In this document: one piece after another, positions 10,491-18,135 of the stretch | How positions within the stretch are numbered: position 1 is the first letter of the stretch | Layout: every line of letters starts with the position of its first letter | Origin: Candidatus Parcubacteria bacterium | GTDB taxonomy: Bacteria > Patescibacteriota > Patescibacteriia > Patescibacteriales > UBA12075 | Direction of reading: 5' to 3' | Assembly: GCA_023132155.1 (NCBI GenBank) | Contig: JAGLYP010000002.1 | Coordinates: 6,598 to 70,597 of the forward strand | Length of the DNA stretch: 64,000 nt | The notes under the pieces: model-generated | What the model was told of the DNA's origin: nothing | Databases searched by the model: none | What the model saw: only the letters and a program-made list of their open reading frames with translations | Program-made: the position numbers and the translations under genes

Positions 10491-10699
10491 GTCATCCTGG
10501 AATTTTTATCGTAGCGACAGCGGAGATAAAAATATCCGGGATCCAGGAGCGCGAGAATTAACTGATAATTAAAATTAACTAATGCCACGTATTAATTTAT
10601 TTATGTAATTGGTCATAATATAATAATTATACATATTACCCCTGGATCCCGGATATTTTTTCTTGTCGCTATCGCTCCAAGAAAAAATTCCAGGATGAC
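10491..10699. mobile_element. miniature (ORF-less) copy of the hairpin-armed GIY-YIG-associated element (copy A)
   Basis: Left arm GTCATCCTGGAATTTTTATC...GATAAAAATATCCGGGATCCAGG (10491-10547). Right arm CCTGGATCCCGGATATTTTTTCTTG...CAAGAAAAAATTCCAGGATGAC (10641-10699). The arms are inverted copies of each other and each folds on itself. AT-rich core of about 90 bp with no ORF. Confidence 0.7.
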
Positions 10700-10782
10700 A
10701 AAATATAGAGGTTTATTAATTTTTGTCAACGGATTTGGTTGACAATATTCAAGACATTAAAAAATTAAAAGCTAGTATAACA

Positions 10783-11781
10783 ATGAAATTAAAAATAACA
10801 CAAAAAAAATATACCCCCAAAGACGCGACAATCGCGGTTACTTATTTTTGCAATTCGCGCTGTAGAATGTGCAATATTTGGCAGGATAAAAATCCGCGGA
10901 GTTTGAAAAAGGAAGATTTTTATAACTTAAGTCCTGATTTAAGATATATTAATTTATCAGGCGGAGAGCCTTTTCTGCATCCTGAATTGCCGGAAATTGT
11001 CCGTATTATAAATAAAGTCAGTCCAAAAGCGAAAATTATCATATCCAGCAATGGATTGGCAACCGGCTTGATTATAAAAACGATGAAAGAGATTAAAAAA
11101 ATTGATTCGCGTGTTGGTATTAGAATTTCAATTGACGGATTGCGAAAAACCCATGATCGTATGCGTGGGATTGATGGAATATATGAGGCTGCTATGAAGA
11201 CGCTTGCCGGTCTTAAGATAATCGGCATTAAAAATTTAGGATTAAGTTTTACGATTATGAATGAAAATGCTGATGAATTGAAAGATATATATAATTTGTC
11301 AAAAGATTTGCAAATTGAATTGGCTTTGGCCTTGGTGCAGAATTCTGAAATATATTTTACAAAAAATGACAACCAGTTAACTTATATTGATAAAGTTAAG
11401 AGCGGCCTGAATTATATTATTAAGCAAGAATTAAAAAGCGCGAACCCAAAGCGCTGGGGGCGAGCTTTTTATGATTACGGTTTGCTAAAATACGCGGAAA
11501 GCAAAGAACGCCTGCTAAAAAGCGGCGCCGCTTACGATTCTTTGTTTATTGATTCCTTGGGAAATGTTTATCCCAGTAATTTGATAAATTTGAAATTAGG
11601 CAGCATCAAAAAAGACAAGCTGGACAATATCTGGCGGTCTGGCAAAGCGCAAGCGGTTCGCGATAAAATAGAAGCGGAAAATATCACGGAAAGCTGGATA
11701 ATTTGTACAATCCGCGGCGAGATGAAAAAAAATATATTTAAGGTTTTGTTTTGGGTGTTAAAGAATAAGTTATGTGTGTAA
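10783..11781 (+). CDS. radical SAM protein in glycan locus
   Basis: CNSRCRMCNIW (CxxxCxxC) near the N-terminus, then GGEPFL. The track starts at TTG 10723; I prefer ATG 10783 because 10723 lies just after the repeat element. The start is uncertain. Confidence 0.7.
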   Translation: MKLKITQKKYTPKDATIAVTYFCNSRCRMCNIWQDKNPRSLKKEDFYNLSPDLRYINLSGGEPFLHPELPEIVRIINKVSPKAKIIISSNGLATGLIIKTMKEIKKIDSRVGIRISIDGLRKTHDRMRGIDGIYEAAMKTLAGLKIIGIKNLGLSFTIMNENADELKDIYNLSKDLQIELALALVQNSEIYFTKNDNQLTYIDKVKSGLNYIIKQELKSANPKRWGRAFYDYGLLKYAESKERLLKSGAAYDSLFIDSLGNVYPSNLINLKLGSIKKDKLDNIWRSGKAQAVRDKIEAENITESWIICTIRGEMKKNIFKVLFWVLKNKLCV

Positions 11782-11871
11782 TGCTAATAATGCGAATAAA
11801 TGCTAATTTGCTAATTGCGAATACTATTCATTAGCAATTCGCAAATTAGCATTTATTCGCGGAATTAGCAT
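11781..11871. repeat. imperfect 91-bp palindrome, family P2 (GCGAATAAATGCTAAT words)
   Basis: ATGCTAAT..GCGAATAAATGCTAATTTGC...GCAAATTAGCATTTATTCGC..ATTAGCAT fills the whole spacer between the radical SAM stop and the GT4 start. Confidence 0.6.
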
Positions 11872-11878
11872 CGTTTAT

Positions 11879-13087
11879 ATGAAGATATTGCAAATAAATA
11901 AATTTTATTATTTTAAAGGCGGAAGTGAGCGCTATCTTTTTGATTTGTCTGAAATTTTAAAGAAAAACGGTCATAAAATTGTGCCGTTTTCTATGCAAAA
12001 TGACAATAATTTGCCAAGCAATCACGCGAAGTATTTTATTAAAGAAGTTGGTTTAAATAAATTTAATTTAATTAATATTTTTAAATTTTTTTATAATTAC
12101 GATGCCGTTAACAGGCTGAAAAAATTAATTAAAGACGAAAAGCCGGATATCGCGCATTTGCATAACATCGCCCATCAGCTAAGTCCCGCGATTATTAGAG
12201 TTTTGAAGCGGCACAATATTCCCATCGTACAGACTTTGCATGATTATAAATTAATCTGCCCCAATGCCAAACTTTTTGTTGATAATAAAAATTGCGAAAA
12301 GTGCCGCGGTGGCAAATATTATAATTGCCTGAAAAACAAATGCATGAAAGATTCTTATTTAAAAAGTTTTATGGCTGTGCTTGAGGCGTATTTATGGAAC
12401 CGTTTAATAAAAATATATGACAGGGTTGATGTGTTTATCGCGCCTAGCAAGTTTATGCGGGATAAGTGCGTTGATTTCGGAGTTCCAGCCGAGAAAATAA
12501 GAGTTGCTTATAATTTTTATGACGCACCCGTTAACAATCAGATGGAATTAGCAAGTGATGAAAAATATGTTTTGTATTACGGAAGATTGTCAAAAGAAAA
12601 GGGCGTGGATGTTTTACTGGAAGCAATGAAAAGCGTTAAACACGGAATTAAATTAAAAATAGTCGGTCCGGGGCCGGAATATAAAAATTTGGAAGAAAAA
12701 ATCAGCAAATTCAATTTGCAAGACAGGGTTTTTCTATTGGGTCCGAAATATGGCGGGGATTTGCAAACAATTATTAATCAAGCAATAGCCGTTATTGTGC
12801 CGTCGCTTTGGCCGGAGAATATGCCTTATTGCCTTTTAGAGCCGATGGCAATCGGCAAGATTGTGATTGTTTCCCGCGTAGGCGGTATGACCGAGATTAT
12901 TAAAAATCAAAAAAACGGTTTTTCTTTTGAGCCGGAAAATTTTCAGGCTTTAACAAAAATAATAAATAATTTGCAAAATTTTAATCAAGAAGAGATTGGA
13001 AAAAGAGCTATGGAAACAATAAAAAGATTAAATTCAAAAAAGCATTATCAGGAAATTTTAAAAATTTATTCTGAGTTGAGAAGATAA
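11879..13087 (+). CDS. family 4 (GT-B) glycosyltransferase
   Basis: MKILQINKFYYFKGGSE at the N-terminus. C-terminal E(x7)E-type region LLEPMAIGKIVIVSRVGGMTEII. Confidence 0.8.
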   Translation: MKILQINKFYYFKGGSERYLFDLSEILKKNGHKIVPFSMQNDNNLPSNHAKYFIKEVGLNKFNLINIFKFFYNYDAVNRLKKLIKDEKPDIAHLHNIAHQLSPAIIRVLKRHNIPIVQTLHDYKLICPNAKLFVDNKNCEKCRGGKYYNCLKNKCMKDSYLKSFMAVLEAYLWNRLIKIYDRVDVFIAPSKFMRDKCVDFGVPAEKIRVAYNFYDAPVNNQMELASDEKYVLYYGRLSKEKGVDVLLEAMKSVKHGIKLKIVGPGPEYKNLEEKISKFNLQDRVFLLGPKYGGDLQTIINQAIAVIVPSLWPENMPYCLLEPMAIGKIVIVSRVGGMTEIIKNQKNGFSFEPENFQALTKIINNLQNFNQEEIGKRAMETIKRLNSKKHYQEILKIYSELRR

Positions 13088-13188
13088 TTTTTGTTTTAAT
13101 TTTTTCAAGTAGTTTGGAAAAATTTGTGTTGGCTAAAATTGTCCCGCCTCCCAGCCCAGGTACAGAATGCCTAGGCTGCGTTTTTTCA

Positions 13189-13258
13189 ATCCCGCTAAAA
13201 GCGGGATATTTTTTATTGATGTTTTTATATATAGCCCCGCCCTTCGCGAAAGGCGGGG
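13189..13258. repeat. two REP-like GC hairpins (ATCCCGCT aaa AGCGGGAT; CCCCGCCCTTCGCGAAAGGCGGGG, family P3)
   Basis: Read directly. The second hairpin shares the CCCCGCC...GGCGGGG core with 27841-27880 and 52134-52187. Confidence 0.7.
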
Positions 13259-13340
13259 CGGCGGGTGGATGAGCGGAGCTGATTTTTTTTGACAGATTTT
13301 TACCCTCATGCTAAATTTAAAATAGAAATTTATTAAAAAT

Positions 13341-13955
13341 ATGATGAATAAAAAAATAACAATTTTAGTTTTGGTTTTAGCCGTGATGGCGGTTGTTTCG
13401 GGATGTGGGAAAAAAATAGAAAAATTTGTTACTAATGACAATATTACCAAAGATGATAATAAGTTACAGAAGACTGAAAAAAAAGCAACTACGACAGGAG
13501 AAATTATAGAATATATTGAAGGCAGTGAAATAGATATATCTAATTGGGAAATTTACCATAATAAACTACATGGATTTCAAGTAAGATATCCATTAAAATA
13601 TTTAGATAATAAAGATTATGAGATTTGGGAGATTGATAAAAATGTAAAATTTGAAGGTAACGATTGGGGCGTTAACAAATATCAAGAAACTATAATTCAT
13701 ATACAGACGTATCCCGCAGAAAAGGAAAATGATGTTTTTCAACATTTTAAATTTAGTTTTTTAAACAAGAAAATTATTTTGACTAACAATATTATAGCAA
13801 AAAGGGTTAAAGGACTGGGATGTGAAACTTGGTATATTAGACATAAAAAAAATATTTATATTATTTCTAGTAGTTTTTGTTTTGATTCTAAGGGAGCAGA
13901 GCTTGAATATTCAGAATATAGAAATATTATGAATAGTATTAAATTTGATAAATAA
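13341..13955 (+). CDS. lipoprotein, function unknown
   Basis: Signal peptide with lipobox VVSGC at residues 18-22. Confidence 0.6.
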   Translation: MMNKKITILVLVLAVMAVVSGCGKKIEKFVTNDNITKDDNKLQKTEKKATTTGEIIEYIEGSEIDISNWEIYHNKLHGFQVRYPLKYLDNKDYEIWEIDKNVKFEGNDWGVNKYQETIIHIQTYPAEKENDVFQHFKFSFLNKKIILTNNIIAKRVKGLGCETWYIRHKKNIYIISSSFCFDSKGAELEYSEYRNIMNSIKFDK

Positions 13956-14151
13956 AATAAAAAATAATCCTGTTTATAATTTAAAAGTTAAACTTCAACT
14001 AAGTTTTTAATTTTTTATTAAAATTGTAAATAGAATAGTTTTTTAACAGTTCTTTGACAACAAAATAAAATTAAGGAGGTGATAAATTAAACAAGTAAGT
14101 TGAATTATAGATGTTGGTATAAACCATTGACAACAAAAAGGAGAAACTGCA

Positions 14152-16431
14152 ATGAAAAAGAAAAAAAGTTTATTAGATTTTTGTATTATTGTGACATTTA
14201 TTGCTATAACAACGTTTTGTTTTTCTAGTAATGCTCAGGCACTTAATTATGGCGATGAAATGGGTTTTTTAAAAAATGTAATTGCCTATAGCAATGGATC
14301 CTATGCCGGCACTAGTCAAGGTAATTATCAATGTGTGGAATATGTAAAAAGATTTTATAGAGATGCTTTTGGTGTTTGTTTATTCCAGCAAGCTATCGGT
14401 GTTGCAAGAAATTATTATCTGGAATATGATGCAAGAAATTTAGATCGATTTGGTTTGGTTCGCTATCAAAATGGACAAAGTGCTGAATTACCAAAGCCTG
14501 GTGATATTTTAGTATTTAATCATACAAATAGAATTGGTCATGTGGCTATTATAAGGTATGTCCAAAATAATTCAGTATTTTTTATTGAACAAAACTGGGA
14601 TAGCGACGAATGTTTTAACAGTTTATCAATCACTGGAAATGCCAGCAATGGAAATTATACAATAACTAATAGAGAAAATTATACTGTGCTTGGTTGGTTG
14701 CATCTGTCAGTAGGCGAATATAGTACTGGTTGGCACTTTGAAGATATGTGTACTCAGTATTCTGACGAACAATCCCAACCATTTGTAGATGCTTATTTGA
14801 ACAATAATGACTCTGATATATTAGGGTTACCAACTGGCTATGTTAGCAGTATGCCGTATGGCTCAGGAGAAATATGGTGGCAGAATTTTGAAAAAAACGG
14901 TCACATATATTCTCTTGTACGTAATGATTTTGTGTACAATACAGTTCGTTTGTATTTAGGCGCTGTATATCCAGTTCATGGGCAAATAAGAAATTATTGG
15001 ATAAACGCATATTGGGTTTTTGGTCCTCCTGTGTGTAATGAATATTATTATCCAGAAGGCACAAGGGATTATGTGGTGCAATGGTTTGAACCATCTGACA
15101 ATTATTTTGTGTCAATTGCTTATCAAACCGCTACTGGCGAATTTTATGAAAATTTGTCGTGTATTAGTCCTGATGCAGAATATTTTAATCAGGATAAATT
15201 AAAAAATTGCGCGTCTAATTCTGAAGGATGTGGTGGCGGCGAAGATCCACCCCCACCCCCCGACTACACCTACTCCGGCTCCTGGATCTGCGAAGGCAAA
15301 GACAGTGACGGTCAGCCGATTAACCAAAGAACCGAGTTTGCCGCCGGAGACAGCGTATGCGCGTTAACCACTGTTACCGACATTAGCATTCCTCATCGCT
15401 GGCTAACAGAGTTTTATTGCAATGGAGGATTCTCATGGGATGATGAATCTCCTTGGCTGAATCCTAACGGAACTTGGGCAAGTTCATCTGCGGCCCCTGT
15501 TTGGGAAAATATTAATCCGGGAAGTTACACCACTGAAACATTTTTAGACACAGGAAACGGCTATGAGCTAAAGTCTGAAAATGCGTTTACCGTGACTAAT
15601 GACGGACCTGATTATGTGTTTGAATGCGCTTGCGTATGCGAAGGCTGGGAATACGGTTCGTCTGACCCCAATTCACCTGATTATTGGAATCTGCAGCCGA
15701 TTAATTCCGGCAGTGTATTTATCGCCGGAGATACAATATATTCGTTTGCGAAAGCAAGCGATATTTTTGTTGACCATAGTTGGAAAACGGAATTTTATTG
15801 CGACGGAGTATTTTCATGGGCTGATGAATCTCCATGGATGGATGTCGGAAGCGGCTGGAGTTATTCAACAGCAAAACCGCCTTGGGCTAATATAGGCGCA
15901 GGGAGTTATGAAGCCAGAGTTTTACTTGATACCGGTTCCGGGTATGAACTCAAAGCCGCTAATAGCTTTACTGTTAATCCGCCATCAGCGCAAACAATTC
16001 CTTATTCGGAATCGTTTGGCGATGATCAGGGCGGTTTTATTTTGGAAAATAATAACGGACAAGGCTCAATGAGCCAGACAACTTATGATAATCGCGAATG
16101 CTTGATGATAAGCAATAATCAAGCCGGCGAATGCTGGCATGTGCAAGCAAAAAAAGTCGGTCTTGTTATAGATAACGGAACTCCGTATATGCATCAAATT
16201 ATTGCCAAAGCTGATCAGCCGTGCCGGATTTACGTTGTTGTACAACGCGATGTTGACCCATGGGATAATCTTGGTTTGTGGCATGAGATTGATTTGACAA
16301 ATGAATGGCAAAGTTTTACTTTGCAATTCAACGCAAATGACACCCCTGATCCGTACGAAGTGCGTTACTCCATAATGATCGGGAATATTGCAGGTACTGT
16401 TTATGTTGACTTTATCGGACTGCAAAATTAA
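14152..16431 (+). CDS. secreted CHAP-domain cell-wall hydrolase with Pro linker, two tandem Cys/Trp-rich repeats and a C-terminal CBM-like module
   Basis: GGAG RBS and a signal peptide. CHAP catalytic context is NYQCVEYVKRFY ... GHVAII. PPPPP linker at 15247-15261. C-terminal beta-sandwich-like region (WQSFTLQF...VYVDFIGL). Confidence 0.75.
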   Translation: MKKKKSLLDFCIIVTFIAITTFCFSSNAQALNYGDEMGFLKNVIAYSNGSYAGTSQGNYQCVEYVKRFYRDAFGVCLFQQAIGVARNYYLEYDARNLDRFGLVRYQNGQSAELPKPGDILVFNHTNRIGHVAIIRYVQNNSVFFIEQNWDSDECFNSLSITGNASNGNYTITNRENYTVLGWLHLSVGEYSTGWHFEDMCTQYSDEQSQPFVDAYLNNNDSDILGLPTGYVSSMPYGSGEIWWQNFEKNGHIYSLVRNDFVYNTVRLYLGAVYPVHGQIRNYWINAYWVFGPPVCNEYYYPEGTRDYVVQWFEPSDNYFVSIAYQTATGEFYENLSCISPDAEYFNQDKLKNCASNSEGCGGGEDPPPPPDYTYSGSWICEGKDSDGQPINQRTEFAAGDSVCALTTVTDISIPHRWLTEFYCNGGFSWDDESPWLNPNGTWASSSAAPVWENINPGSYTTETFLDTGNGYELKSENAFTVTNDGPDYVFECACVCEGWEYGSSDPNSPDYWNLQPINSGSVFIAGDTIYSFAKASDIFVDHSWKTEFYCDGVFSWADESPWMDVGSGWSYSTAKPPWANIGAGSYEARVLLDTGSGYELKAANSFTVNPPSAQTIPYSESFGDDQGGFILENNNGQGSMSQTTYDNRECLMISNNQAGECWHVQAKKVGLVIDNGTPYMHQIIAKADQPCRIYVVVQRDVDPWDNLGLWHEIDLTNEWQSFTLQFNANDTPDPYEVRYSIMIGNIAGTVYVDFIGLQN
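15265..15981 (+). repeat. intragenic tandem duplication of a domain of about 110-120 aa (15265-15600 and 15610-15981)
   Basis: The repeats align by eye: CEGK/CEGW, AGDS.CA/AGDTIYS, H.W.TEFYC.G.FSW.DESPW, G.W..S.A.P.W.NI..GSY, LDTG.GYELK..N.FTV. Confidence 0.75.
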
Positions 16432-16491
16432 AAACAAAAAATACAAAGTGCCCTTTGGGTAGAAAAAACAAAAAAATAAATTAACATTAGC

Positions 16492-16531
16492 ATCCGATAG
16501 GCGGAACAAATTCCGCCTATCGGATTTTTTA
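16492..16531 (+). terminator. rho-independent terminator
   Basis: ATCCGATAGGCGGA acaaat TCCGCCTATCGGAT followed by TTTTTT. Confidence 0.8.
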
Positions 16532-16597
16532 TTTATGTCGGAGCTAGGGATAATAATGTTAAAATATAAGTTGTCAAAAAAATGTCAAAAAATTTCC

Positions 16598-16625
16598 TTG
16601 ACAAAACAAAAAGAAGTGCTAATAT
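16598..16625 (+). promoter_or_regulatory. sigma70-like promoter
   Basis: TTGACA, 16 nt, TAATAT, about 50 nt before the 16678 start. GGAGGG RBS at about 16657. Confidence 0.45.
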
Positions 16626-16677
16626 TTAGTATTATCTACTACTTAAATTAATTTTTGGAGGGAATTATATATGTTTT

Positions 16678-17946
16678 ATGAAAAAATATATTAAGTTTTT
16701 AGCAGTTTTTGTTTTAATATTAGCAGTTTTTTTTGTTATCCCAAAAGCGAAAAGCGATATTAAGCCGTATTACGCGGGAGAAGCGATTAATTTTCAGAAT
16801 AAGATTATTTTCGGTACTGCCAATATGGGGGTTTTGGAGATTTTTCAGTTGGAAAACGGCCAAATAATCAAGAAAAGCGTAATCAAGTCAGATGATGATC
16901 GGTATATAAATTTTTCTGATTTAATTTTTAATATTGAAAATAACCGCTTGTATATTTACGCGACTAACGGCCGTTATTTATATAAGTATGACGCTACCTA
17001 CCTTGATTCATTAAAATTAATAAAAAAAATCAAGGATAATTCCTGGGATTGGTTTCATGCTTTGTCTAAAACAAACAATAGGATTGTAACAATCGGAACG
17101 CAAGGCCTAAAATTATGGAACTATGATCCTGATATTATAAATTCATATGACATTCATAGCACCCAATCAAAAAATATCGGCGTTAGTAATGGCGCTGATT
17201 TTATTTATAAGCTAAATGAAGATAAATTTCAAGTAATTGACGGCTTGTTTAGAAATGTTGTAGCTGAAACGAATATCGCCATAAAAGATGATCATATACG
17301 CCATATGTATAATGATGAAGTTAACGGCGGAATATTTGTCGTTGACGACTCAACTTTAAAAAGAATTCTTTTTGACGGCTCTTATTTTGAGTTCCGGCAT
17401 ATTTCCGATTATGGCTATGATGTTGACGGCGTTGATGGGAGCGAATATGTTTATTTTTCCGACGGTATTGGCGTAGTAAAAATCCGCGAAGCGGATATGG
17501 CGCCGGTTGATTGGATTTATACTTCACAATTGGGCGACGGCAATGGCTGGGCAATGGGTCTCAGAGTCGTGCCTCATCAGTATGGAGAGGTAATAATAGT
17601 TTTTAATGGCAGTAATATTTTGGCGCTAGATAATAATTTGAATTTAATCGCTTATCATCAAGCGCAAGAAAGCGAGATGATTATAGTTGATCCGTTATCA
17701 TTGCGCGTGGACAAATATTGGGGCTGGGGCGGCTCCTATGTGTATGTTTACGGCAAGGGTTTTGGTTTTAATGAAGAAGTGGAAGTGAAATTTGTTAATG
17801 AAAGATATGAAGCCTTGACCAATAAAGACGGTTCATTTTCGATTAGAATTACCGTTCCTCATAAAAAATGCGGAAAATACGATATCAAAGCCACCGGTCT
17901 TGTTTCCGAAAAAACTTATAGCGTAAGTTATGAGATTGTGAGATAG
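16678..17946 (+). CDS. secreted/anchored hypothetical protein, repeat-rich beta fold with C-terminal Ig-like (IPT-like) domain
   Basis: N-terminal hydrophobic signal. The C-terminal YVYVYGKGFGFNEEVEVKF...FSIRITVP resembles IPT/TIG strands. Confidence 0.5.
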   Translation: MKKYIKFLAVFVLILAVFFVIPKAKSDIKPYYAGEAINFQNKIIFGTANMGVLEIFQLENGQIIKKSVIKSDDDRYINFSDLIFNIENNRLYIYATNGRYLYKYDATYLDSLKLIKKIKDNSWDWFHALSKTNNRIVTIGTQGLKLWNYDPDIINSYDIHSTQSKNIGVSNGADFIYKLNEDKFQVIDGLFRNVVAETNIAIKDDHIRHMYNDEVNGGIFVVDDSTLKRILFDGSYFEFRHISDYGYDVDGVDGSEYVYFSDGIGVVKIREADMAPVDWIYTSQLGDGNGWAMGLRVVPHQYGEVIIVFNGSNILALDNNLNLIAYHQAQESEMIIVDPLSLRVDKYWGWGGSYVYVYGKGFGFNEEVEVKFVNERYEALTNKDGSFSIRITVPHKKCGKYDIKATGLVSEKTYSVSYEIVR

Positions 17947-17955
17947 AATATATAT

Positions 17956-18006
17956 AAAAAAATCAAAAAAATAAGAAGCTTAGCTTCTTATTTTTTTGAT
18001 TTTTTG
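17956..18006 (+). terminator. long AT-rich hairpin terminator
   Basis: AAAAAAATCAAAAAAATAAGAAGC tta GCTTCTTATTTTTTTGATTTTTT. Confidence 0.6.
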
Positions 18007-18135
18007 CCTCTTTTTTTACCCTTGACAACATTCTAAATCTATGCTAAATTAAATTGTTTTAGCAATTAATTTTTATTTATTAAATAATTTTTACCAAGAT
18101 TAAACAAAATTTTAATATTTTTTAAAAGTAAGCTT

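Noticed and set aside
13133-13450. 105-aa minus-strand ORF in the GT4-lipoprotein spacer.
   Set aside because: It is assembled from translated REP-like GC hairpins (sequences such as PPPRLSRRAG) and overlaps the start of the lipoprotein gene on the other strand. There is no RBS, so it is most likely spurious.
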